From the IMG/VR virus record IMGVR_UViG_3300030372_004093, positions 1 through 28,274 of that record: a stretch of 28,274 nucleotides of DNA; one strand, 5' to 3'. This DNA comes from a virus (Duplodnaviria; Caudoviricetes). Of this stretch, positions 17,412 through 26,159 are shown piece by piece; positions within the stretch are counted from its first letter, which is position 1, and each line of letters opens with the position of its first letter. Both the position numbers and the translations under genes were made by a program. Under the pieces are notes generated by a model. The model was not told the DNA's origin. It worked only from the letters and a program-made list of their open reading frames with translations, and did no database searches.

Positions 17412-17957
17412 TTATCTCTTTAATATTATATTTGAGGATATTATGATTCTTTCACCCTCAACAGGATTCTCTGCTGAGTGCAATAGATTACTTGGAAAAA
17501 ATATTAATTTTCCTACCTCTGATGCTATAGTAGTTTGATTTTGTATACATGTTGGATTTGGATTGTGAAACAATGTTTCACCCATGTTAGTTAAATATAA
17601 AACACTAGAATAATTTGCATCCTCGCCTTTTACAAAATTTGTGTGAACATGTTTATCGTGCAAACCTTTTAAATTATATATAGCAGTCCAATAATTTTTC
17701 ATAGAAAAAGGAACGTTATTACTATGAAAATAATTTGCTATGGATAACATTAATTTTTCATATTCAAATAATTTAATAGGATCACTAAAATCTGTGTAGT
17801 AATCACCAGAGCCACCATTATTGCTGTAGATAGAATTTGTTTTTTTTATTTCATTTTTTTTACTTGTTACTTCATTTATTAAAGGCCTTATCTCATCAAC
17901 GTTAAATTTAAACGTAAGTATTTCTGTTGGAAATAATAGTATGTTACCGTGTTGCAT
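17412..17957 (-). CDS. Putative 2OG-Fe(II) oxygenase (TIGR02466-like), 181 aa
   Basis: HDKHVH, SSVLYL, FFPSNLLHSA, RIIISSN. Confidence 0.75.
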   Translation of the reverse strand: MQHGNILLFPTEILTFKFNVDEIRPLINEVTSKKNEIKKTNSIYSNNGGSGDYYTDFSDPIKLFEYEKLMLSIANYFHSNNVPFSMKNYWTAIYNLKGLHDKHVHTNFVKGEDANYSSVLYLTNMGETLFHNPNPTCIQNQTTIASEVGKLIFFPSNLLHSAENPVEGERIIISSNIILKR

Positions 17958-18222
17958 ATTCTACCTTTAAATATTCTATCTTTCTTACCCAACCCCTTGG
18001 TATAGCAATAGCGCCACCACCGTGATTATCGTCTTTATCTATACACCAAGACCGCATAATTACAATCTTATCGTCATTGTTTACAACCATGTATCCTACT
18101 TCTTGGCACACGGCTAACGGAGCATCAAATATGTCTTTTACGTGGATCCACCCAGTTTCTGTATCCTTAGCGTCTAGCCAAGTGATACGAACCATTGGTA
18201 CTTTTTCAATATCAAATCGCAT
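17944..18222 (-). CDS. Conserved small phage protein, 92 aa
   Basis: VRITWLDA...GW...VGYMV...IPRGWV small beta-barrel-like pattern. Confidence 0.75.
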   Translation of the reverse strand: MRFDIEKVPMVRITWLDAKDTETGWIHVKDIFDAPLAVCQEVGYMVVNNDDKIVIMRSWCIDKDDNHGGGAIAIPRGWVRKIEYLKVEYATR

Positions 18223-18223
18223 C

Positions 18224-18925
18224 TCATCTTTGAATGTTTCTCGGTTTCTCTAACTCGGCTGCGTTCATGTATTTTTTTTGAATAATATCAATATTGAAAG
18301 ATACAGACCTTCTTTCTTCATTTGGTGTTCTAAAAGGATAAACAGTGTGTGACAACCAAGATGGAAAAACGTAAATGTCGCCTACTTTAGGAGTTGCTTG
18401 AAAATTGTGTGCGCTAAATTTAGCAGCTTGACCAACCATAAATTGTATATCGCCTACACAAGGATGATGATCTTCTTTAGCATACTCTTCTTTTAAACTT
18501 GGTGGTACTCTTGTGTAAATCACACCAGATAAATCTCCATCATGTACATGTACAGGGTTAAAGTCTCCAGCCCACTGACTAACGCACCACATGCTAGTTA
18601 TTCGCATTGATTCAACATTATCAGCATGAATTGTGTCCATAGCAGGTGGAAAATTTAAATACTGTTCAGTAATAATTTTTAAAGCCAAAAGCATTGGTTT
18701 AAAATTATCGGACTCTAGAAATTGTGGTGGATATCTTATTTCTTTTTGGACATTACCTGCTAAATTCATTGAGTGATCCCATTCTTCAGACAATTCATTT
18801 GATTTTAATATTTCATCAGCTTTATCATCTAAAAGTTTTATTAAATTTGTTGGTAAATGGCCCTTAAATATTGTGGGGCCAAACGGTCTAATTGCTTCAA
18901 AATTTTGTTTTTGATCGTCTTCCAT
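18224..18925 (-). CDS. Putative 2OG-Fe(II) oxygenase, 233 aa
   Basis: FNPVHVH, LSGVIY, VFPSWLSHTVYPF, RRSVSFN. Confidence 0.8.
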   Translation of the reverse strand: MEDDQKQNFEAIRPFGPTIFKGHLPTNLIKLLDDKADEILKSNELSEEWDHSMNLAGNVQKEIRYPPQFLESDNFKPMLLALKIITEQYLNFPPAMDTIHADNVESMRITSMWCVSQWAGDFNPVHVHDGDLSGVIYTRVPPSLKEEYAKEDHHPCVGDIQFMVGQAAKFSAHNFQATPKVGDIYVFPSWLSHTVYPFRTPNEERRSVSFNIDIIQKKYMNAAELEKPRNIQR

Positions 18926-19059
18926 AATCTACTTTCTTTTTTTATATTGTAATATAGCAATATTTTGCCTATAAATATAGAAATAAATTGGTAATTTCTT
19001 CAAGTCCATCCAAGCTTGCTTTCCAACAAACATAAAGTTGCTAACTAAAAGGATTATGC
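18926..19059. promoter_or_regulatory. Divergent promoter region
   Basis: + strand TTGTAA(18947-18952)-N17-TATAAA(18970-18975); - strand extended -10 TG-C-TATATT and TACAAT overlap it; genes diverge from here. Confidence 0.55.
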
Positions 19060-20121
19060 ATGATTGATGAACAATTTTTACAGACTATTCCCCAATACGG
19101 TATTGGTGGTTTTGTCGGTAAAGTATTTAAAAAAGTAAAGGATACCGTAAAAAAAGTGGCGCCCATCGTAGGTGGTGGTATTGGCTTTTTATTAGGTGGA
19201 TCTGCTGGCGCTGGTATTGGTGCAGGTATCGGTGGATTAATTGCAGGACAAAAACCTGGAGAGGCTCTTGGCACTGCAGCACTTGGTTATGGTATCGGAT
19301 CATTAGCGGGTAGTTTTGCTCCTATTGGTCGTTATGCGGGAAGAGGTATACCAGGAACAGACATAGGTGGTTTGTTAGGCACGGCATCAGATAGAGCATT
19401 AACAACTGCTACTGATGATCCAGCAAATATTATACAAAGATTAATTGGTGGTGGTGGAACACCAAAAGTATCAACTTCTGAACAAAAAATAATAAACATT
19501 CAAAACGCAATAGATGCTGGCGAAGTAGATGCAGCAATAGGAAAAGATTTAATAGATTTAGAAAAATTAAAAATTTTAACAGGACAAAATAAAAAACCAA
19601 TACTTGGAGGCAACTTAGGTAATGTATTGACAGCAGGAGCCGCTATATCACCTATAGCAACTTACATGGCTGCACAAGCTGAGCAAGAAGGATTTGTTCC
19701 AGAAGATCCTAACGCATTAAATCCATTTTATTACATGAACCCAGAAGAATTTCAAATTGCAAACCTTGGGACAAACCCTTACTACTATGACACTTTACAA
19801 GATGATTTTGGTGTTCCTCGAGAAGATTTACCAACTGATTTTGTTAGACCAACAACAGCAGCTCAAGGCGGTATTATGAGATTAGCAAATGGAGGTACTC
19901 AAGAGTTTCCAAGAAAAACAGGTGAGATTAATGGACCAGGCACTGGCACGTCTGATGACATACCAGCAATGTTGAGTGATGGTGAATTTGTATTTACTGC
20001 ACGGGCTGTTCGTAATGCAGGTGGTGGTAGTAGAAGAGAGGGCGCTAAGAGAATGTATCAAATGATGAAAAATTTAGAAAAAGGTGGTACACTGTCTGAA
20101 CAATCAAGAGGAGTAGCATAA
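19060..20121 (+). CDS. Putative internal virion/ejection protein with Gly-zipper N-terminus and tape-measure-like C-terminal motif, 353 aa
   Basis: AAGGA RBS; GxxxG-rich hydrophobic N-terminus; C-terminal GPGTGTSDDIPAMLSDGEFVFTARAV. Confidence 0.7.
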   Translation: MIDEQFLQTIPQYGIGGFVGKVFKKVKDTVKKVAPIVGGGIGFLLGGSAGAGIGAGIGGLIAGQKPGEALGTAALGYGIGSLAGSFAPIGRYAGRGIPGTDIGGLLGTASDRALTTATDDPANIIQRLIGGGGTPKVSTSEQKIINIQNAIDAGEVDAAIGKDLIDLEKLKILTGQNKKPILGGNLGNVLTAGAAISPIATYMAAQAEQEGFVPEDPNALNPFYYMNPEEFQIANLGTNPYYYDTLQDDFGVPREDLPTDFVRPTTAAQGGIMRLANGGTQEFPRKTGEINGPGTGTSDDIPAMLSDGEFVFTARAVRNAGGGSRREGAKRMYQMMKNLEKGGTLSEQSRGVA

Positions 20122-21044
20122 TGGTAACGCAAACACAAATATCTAGAGAAGCACCAGATATAGAAGCTCGTCGTTTGGGTTTAATTGACAGTGCAAAAGC
20201 ACTTGCAGAAAAACCTATTACTTTACCAGATTATACTCTTGCAGGATTTCAGGCTCCTGAAACACAGGCATTTAATTTAGCTGGCCTTGGTATTGGTGCG
20301 TATGAGCCATTATTAAATCAAGCTCAACAAGCAATATTAGCAGGACAAGGAACAACTGCGGGCACGATACCTTTACTTACATCCTTAGCACAAACCCCAA
20401 CTGCTGCAAGCTTTGCACCGTTTCAAAGTAATTTTCAGCAAGCTGTTATTGATCAAACTTTAAAACAATTAGACGAACAAGCTGCCCAACAACAAACACA
20501 ATTAGGTGATTTAGCTCAATCACGAGGTGCTTTTGGTGGATCAAGGCAAGCTGTACAAGAAGCTTTGCTGGGTGAAGGTTTACAAGATGCTAAAGCAAGA
20601 GCAATAGCAGGGTTGAATCAACAATCGTTTGAAAACGCTCAAGCTGCTTTTGCAAGAAATCAAGAATTACAGAGATTGGCGGCACTGGGTATTGGTGGAT
20701 TAGGCGCACAACAAGCAGGTTTTGGATCTGCTTTACAAAACTTGGCCGCACAAGAACAAGGTATGAGAGGTGCAGATATTAGTCAACTACTTGGGGTAGG
20801 TGGTCTACAAAGACAGCAAGCTCAAGCAGGATTAGACATCGGTAGACAAAATGTTTTACAAAATATTTTTGAACCATATCAAAGAATTGGTTTTTATGGA
20901 GACGTTCTTGCTCAAGCTCCATCATCACAACAAACTTTAGTCCCATCAGTTAGTCCAGGTGTTTCTCCATTACAGCAAGCAATAGGAGTAGGTATTGGAG
21001 CACTTTCTGGCATAGCAGGATTAAGAAGATCAGGAGTAGTGTAA
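20121..21044 (+). CDS. Putative DNA transfer/ejection protein, 307 aa
   Basis: Gln/Ala-rich helical protein with GAFGGSRQ and hydrophobic Gly-rich C-terminus; TAATG coupling. Confidence 0.65.
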   Translation: MVTQTQISREAPDIEARRLGLIDSAKALAEKPITLPDYTLAGFQAPETQAFNLAGLGIGAYEPLLNQAQQAILAGQGTTAGTIPLLTSLAQTPTAASFAPFQSNFQQAVIDQTLKQLDEQAAQQQTQLGDLAQSRGAFGGSRQAVQEALLGEGLQDAKARAIAGLNQQSFENAQAAFARNQELQRLAALGIGGLGAQQAGFGSALQNLAAQEQGMRGADISQLLGVGGLQRQQAQAGLDIGRQNVLQNIFEPYQRIGFYGDVLAQAPSSQQTLVPSVSPGVSPLQQAIGVGIGALSGIAGLRRSGVV

Positions 21045-23506
21045 TGAGTGTTTTAAATAGAGCAATGTTTAACCAAACAGTTAATAGACAAGAAGGATCA
21101 CCTCCATCAGGTGAAGAAAATTTTTTTGAAAGATTTGCTAGTCTTCTTAGAGGACAAAAATCAGATCCAATACGAACAGAAGAAGGTTTTACAGTTAATG
21201 AAATAGAAAATATTTTAAATACACCTGCCTCATCCTCCTTACCTGTTAGTGATGATTCAACAGTGTATAATTTTGGAGAATATGGTGGCACTTATGATTT
21301 AAAAGAAGAGGGCTTTCAAAGAGTGCTCCGTAATTATTTACCCGAGGGCGCAGATTTATTTGTTGGTAATCCACGAGACTACATTTTATCACCAGAAGGT
21401 ATGGATGCGATAGAATTATTTAAAGCTGACATACTTAAAACACAAGAAGCTAACAGAGCTATGGGATCACCCATAACAGGTGAGGGTATAAATGGTCTTA
21501 AAAAATTAGATGATATGAGATTTAGACAAATGGGATCTCCAATGCAAGGTGAGATGGCTCAACCAACACAGGCGATGCCACAACAAAATCCAGAGAACGT
21601 TGGAATCATGCAAGGTTTTGAAGACGATGCAAAAACAATTGTTGATGCAGGATCTGAGAAAAAAGAAGAGTTTGATAAAGCTGAAGATTATGAACAGTTA
21701 ATGAATACCATAAGAGGAGACAATAAATCTGAAGATCAAAGAAGAGATGAGCTAGCAGAAATCGTAGGCGAAAAAGATGCTGATGATACACCAGAAAGTG
21801 TTTTAGCATTAGTTCAACCAGTCATTCAAATGTTAGATACTCCAGAGGTTAGACAAGAAGGTATTGGAGCTACACCACAAGCGTTTGCTATGGGCGGACC
21901 AGTTTACAGAGATGATGGTACAGGTAAAGAAGGTGAAACATCAAATAATGATGATGCATTAAATAATTTATTTATACAAATGTTATTATCTGGGAACACA
22001 TCGGGTGCAAACATACCGTCTTTAGCCACAGGTTTTCAAAAGAACCTACCCGTTATGCAAAATATTTTAGGAAGAGATCCAGATAGAACAGCCGCTGATA
22101 CATTTTTTAATATTGCTAGAAGTGGTTTTGGATTAGCCGCTGGCATGACACCACAAGAAGCACTTTTATTAGGTTTACAAGGCCAACAAAAAATTGGAGC
22201 AAAAGAAGAAGCAAGAGATTTAGCTATTAAACAAGCAGCACTTGGTGAAGCTTCTAAAGATAAATCATTTGCTCAACAACTTGATTTAGCAATAAAAAAA
22301 GAACAAGCTAAAAAGAAAGATACTAAAGGATCTACATTTGTTGTAGGATCTGGTGTAGAGGTGCCAAAGGCTGTATCATCACTTTTAAGTAGTGATCAAA
22401 TAAGCGCTTACCCAGACGGAACAAATATATTTGTTGATGAAAAAAATAAATTATCGATAAACATTCCTGCTCAAGCAGATCAAGAAGCTTATTACGATAC
22501 AGAAAATCAAAAAATCGTATTTCTAACAGATAGAGAATATGAAGACTTACAAGATAAAACTAACATAACAACTGTAAGTGCAGGTTTGTCATTTACTAAA
22601 TTAGCAAAACTAGAAGACGGCAAAGTTGTTGAAGGGACAATTAAAGATATTAGAAATACACAACAAGACACGATAAACGACTTACTTGAAGAAGGTTATG
22701 TTATTATATCAAATAGTTTTGAGGTTAATAAAGATCGTGAGGGCGGGTCATTATTTGCAGATGGTGGTATAGTAAAAAGATCAGATGGATCTCCAGAAGA
22801 TGGTGAAAACGCTCCAGGTAGTGATTATGAAGCAATATTAGCTGATGCAGAAACTGCTTTAAAAGATGCTGGTGTTGTGTTTCCTGCTTTAACAGACACA
22901 GACAAATCATTCTTTAATTCACTGTATGCATCAACCTTAGAATCACTAAATGATTTGAAAAGAGTAAAAGAATTGATGGCAGCTGATCCAAGTTTAACAG
23001 GTTACACTGGTCTAGCACAGGAAACTTTAACTAATTTTGCTACTTTAATTAATGATATGGATAATTATATGGGTGACAAAATATTCCCAGATGATGCTAA
23101 GGGTCAACCAAAATTTTTACAGTATTTTACAAAACCTGAAATTAGAGAATTAAAATTTAAGGTAGCTGAACTTTCTGATGCGGTAGCAGACATCCTATCA
23201 TTAAGAGGTAAGAGAGGCACAACAGCAGATGTTAGAGGCCAAGCTTTAAAAAGAACTGACCTAACAGGTTTTTATGGAAGTGATGTTGCATTTGAAAAAA
23301 TAGACAGCTTAACTGATTATTTAACAGACAGGGTTAAGGTCTTTGGCATGTTATCTGGTAACTTTGAACCAGGTGAAAAGTACGACAAATTTGTTTCAAA
23401 TATTACAACTTTAAACAATGCTATTAAAAATATAAATCCTCAAAACTATGAAGGTAAGAAAACAACATTTACACTAGAAGATCTTGAATCTATTGTAGGA
23501 GAATAA
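21044..23506 (+). CDS. Putative internal virion protein, 820 aa
   Basis: Long acidic ORF in the ejection-protein position; AGGAG RBS; repeated RxxGSPxxGE and FAxGG motifs. Confidence 0.7.
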   Translation: MSVLNRAMFNQTVNRQEGSPPSGEENFFERFASLLRGQKSDPIRTEEGFTVNEIENILNTPASSSLPVSDDSTVYNFGEYGGTYDLKEEGFQRVLRNYLPEGADLFVGNPRDYILSPEGMDAIELFKADILKTQEANRAMGSPITGEGINGLKKLDDMRFRQMGSPMQGEMAQPTQAMPQQNPENVGIMQGFEDDAKTIVDAGSEKKEEFDKAEDYEQLMNTIRGDNKSEDQRRDELAEIVGEKDADDTPESVLALVQPVIQMLDTPEVRQEGIGATPQAFAMGGPVYRDDGTGKEGETSNNDDALNNLFIQMLLSGNTSGANIPSLATGFQKNLPVMQNILGRDPDRTAADTFFNIARSGFGLAAGMTPQEALLLGLQGQQKIGAKEEARDLAIKQAALGEASKDKSFAQQLDLAIKKEQAKKKDTKGSTFVVGSGVEVPKAVSSLLSSDQISAYPDGTNIFVDEKNKLSINIPAQADQEAYYDTENQKIVFLTDREYEDLQDKTNITTVSAGLSFTKLAKLEDGKVVEGTIKDIRNTQQDTINDLLEEGYVIISNSFEVNKDREGGSLFADGGIVKRSDGSPEDGENAPGSDYEAILADAETALKDAGVVFPALTDTDKSFFNSLYASTLESLNDLKRVKELMAADPSLTGYTGLAQETLTNFATLINDMDNYMGDKIFPDDAKGQPKFLQYFTKPEIRELKFKVAELSDAVADILSLRGKRGTTADVRGQALKRTDLTGFYGSDVAFEKIDSLTDYLTDRVKVFGMLSGNFEPGEKYDKFVSNITTLNNAIKNINPQNYEGKKTTFTLEDLESIVGE

Positions 23507-23507
23507 T

Positions 23508-26159
23508 ATGGGTGAAATATTTATTGAAGGATTGCCCTTTAGTATAGACATCGAAGGAGATACGCCCACAAAAGATGAAGCTCAACGAATAATGAAAGTT
23601 GTCGACAGGCTAAATGAAATACAACAAGGTCCTGGACAAGATACTATCAAAATGTTGGAAGATGGTCCATTAAGTGGATTATACAGCGATGAAAAATTAG
23701 AAGAACTTGGTGATAAATTAAACATTGATTTAGAGCAAAAAAGAAATTCTATAAACATATTAAATGATTTAGGTTTTATAGATAAAAAAGAATTATTACC
23801 TTTAGAACAATTTGGTATAAGTAGAACAGATGCTGCCATAGCAGGATCAATGGCTGGTAGTGCTCAGGGTTTTAGAGAATTGTTTGATTTAAAAAATCAA
23901 GACAATTTAAGAAAACTTTATAAAAATGTACAATTATTTGATCCTAAAAAACTTGCAATTGCTGGCGGTAAAGCGTTGTTTGGAGGTATTTTTGGTGATG
24001 TAAGTGGTAGAGTTGCTTTTGATGTAGCAAATTTTATTTTATCTGGAGATAAAGATGCACTGCAATTTGTAAACACTTTAGATGCAGATACAAAAGAAGC
24101 AATTTTTTATGAGTCTTTAGGTTTAATATTTCCAGAAGCTTTAGCTTCTATTTATAGAAATGTTCTAACTGGTGTTGGAAAAATAAAACCAGATGCAATA
24201 ACTAGAAAAGCACTTGAATCAGCGCAAAGACTTGGCATCGATTTAAACTTTGGACAAATTATAAGATTTGCTCCTATGGCTAGAGCTTTATCTCCTTTAC
24301 CTTTCATTGGTAGTGGAGTAAGAAAAACTTTATCGACTCAAGCTGGAAAAATAAATGAGGCTTTTCAAAAATTCACAGAACTATATGCGCCAATTTCTAC
24401 TTTCAGCAAAAACGGTGTCGATATATTTCAAAAAGTTTCTAGAAGATTTGAAGCAAACAAAAGGGTATTAAACAACCTTTGGTCAAAAGCGTACGATTCT
24501 CATGCGATGTTAAAAGATAAAAATGTTTTTCGTGCTGATGATTTAAATAAATTTTTTACAAATTTATTAGAGGGAAATGTAATAACTAAATTTAAAAATT
24601 TACCGACAAACAAAGATGGTATTATTGAAACTTATGAAACAATACAAAAATCTGGTTTTTTTGAAAACGCAGGTTTAGCAAGAATTCAAGGCGAGGGTCT
24701 TAAAGATTTGATAGACACAATGCGTCGCTATCAAATTGAGGTTAATAAAAATGGCGGAAAAGTTAGTTATGAAACTATACGTAATTTTAATGATGAAATT
24801 AGCACTTTGTTTAAAGATCTTACTGAGGGAGATAAAGTTTTTAAGGGTCAATTTGCAAGAATATTAACACAATTTAGAGTTGCAAATGATCAGTTACTAG
24901 AAAATTTAGATAAGAATTTAATTAAAGAATTGATACCAGAAGAGATGTTACCTAACATTTTAACGAGTCACAAAAATGCAAATGAATTTACAAAAAGAAT
25001 ATTAGATTTATATGATGGCCCAGCTGGCAATATTTTTGGAACTTACGTAAAAAATCTTTTTCAACCAGGATATATCAAAGATAAAAAAGCAAGAGATCAA
25101 ATATTAAATACTTTAATGAATGTTAGATCACCAGATATGCTGAAAGATTTACAACTAATCATGGGACCTAATAATTTTAAAGCATATGCAAATGAGTGGA
25201 TGTCAAATGCGTTTGCAAAAGCAGCTGTTACGGAAGGTGATGCTGTAGCAACAAGATTAGATTTTGATCCACAAAAATTAAACCAAGCTTTTGGTTTTGA
25301 TATTAGATCTAAAACTGATTTTACAGAACAGCTATTTAAAATATTAGGTGTTAACAATCAGACATTGAAAGATTTAATTACATCAGGTGCCTTTTTACAA
25401 AATGTAAAAATAGGAAATCCATCTTCATTCTTACAAAGAAGATTTCAATTAACTGGTATGAACAATATTTTAGGCACTGCATTAGCTGGAGGTGCTGCTT
25501 ATGGCGGTAGTAATGCGTTAATCGGTGATGAGGATGATGGAATATTTGCTAAAGGTATAAAAGGTTTAACTGGTCTTTTCATTATGAGATATGGTGTTAG
25601 TAAAGTTTTTGCTAACCCAAAATTAGCTAAAAAAATAGTAGATGTTTATGATCCAAGTAGAGCATTAAACTTTAATATTAAATTAGATTTGTTTAGGGGA
25701 TTATTTGATTTACATCATCAAGAAGATCCAGAATCAATATCTGAGTCTGTAAACATAATGAATCAAGCCAGAGAAACTTTAGTCGATACGGTTTCAGATA
25801 AAGAGTTAGATGCATTTGATGCATTATTAAATACTTTAAAGTCACAAGCAGACATATTTCAAAAGGGGCAAACATTAGACGAAGAAGAAGAAGAAATGGA
25901 AAAATTAAGAGAGGATCCAGAAGAGGTAATAGAAGAAGATATTATAATACCAGAAGAAAAACCAGATCAAGATGACGTAAGCTTTAATATTCCTAGCCCT
26001 AATATCAATATGAACATGGCTAATGTTGTACCACCAATTTCAAGTGCTCAATTAGATCCTGCACTAGTTCAAAGACTATCAAGTGTTGGTTTACCATTTT
26101 TTGCTAATGAGGGTGGTATAGCTACTCTAATGAATAAACCAAAACAAATGGTGGCGTAA
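23508..26159 (+). CDS. Putative large internal virion protein, 883 aa
   Basis: AGGAG RBS; helical; acidic C-terminal linker ending FANEGGIATL. Confidence 0.7.
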   Translation: MGEIFIEGLPFSIDIEGDTPTKDEAQRIMKVVDRLNEIQQGPGQDTIKMLEDGPLSGLYSDEKLEELGDKLNIDLEQKRNSINILNDLGFIDKKELLPLEQFGISRTDAAIAGSMAGSAQGFRELFDLKNQDNLRKLYKNVQLFDPKKLAIAGGKALFGGIFGDVSGRVAFDVANFILSGDKDALQFVNTLDADTKEAIFYESLGLIFPEALASIYRNVLTGVGKIKPDAITRKALESAQRLGIDLNFGQIIRFAPMARALSPLPFIGSGVRKTLSTQAGKINEAFQKFTELYAPISTFSKNGVDIFQKVSRRFEANKRVLNNLWSKAYDSHAMLKDKNVFRADDLNKFFTNLLEGNVITKFKNLPTNKDGIIETYETIQKSGFFENAGLARIQGEGLKDLIDTMRRYQIEVNKNGGKVSYETIRNFNDEISTLFKDLTEGDKVFKGQFARILTQFRVANDQLLENLDKNLIKELIPEEMLPNILTSHKNANEFTKRILDLYDGPAGNIFGTYVKNLFQPGYIKDKKARDQILNTLMNVRSPDMLKDLQLIMGPNNFKAYANEWMSNAFAKAAVTEGDAVATRLDFDPQKLNQAFGFDIRSKTDFTEQLFKILGVNNQTLKDLITSGAFLQNVKIGNPSSFLQRRFQLTGMNNILGTALAGGAAYGGSNALIGDEDDGIFAKGIKGLTGLFIMRYGVSKVFANPKLAKKIVDVYDPSRALNFNIKLDLFRGLFDLHHQEDPESISESVNIMNQARETLVDTVSDKELDAFDALLNTLKSQADIFQKGQTLDEEEEEMEKLREDPEEVIEEDIIIPEEKPDQDDVSFNIPSPNINMNMANVVPPISSAQLDPALVQRLSSVGLPFFANEGGIATLMNKPKQMVA

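Noticed and set aside
11007-19059. Active invertible element (phase variation) explaining the inverted block
   Set aside because: No invertase in the window, and only a short imperfect AT-rich similarity between the two ends.
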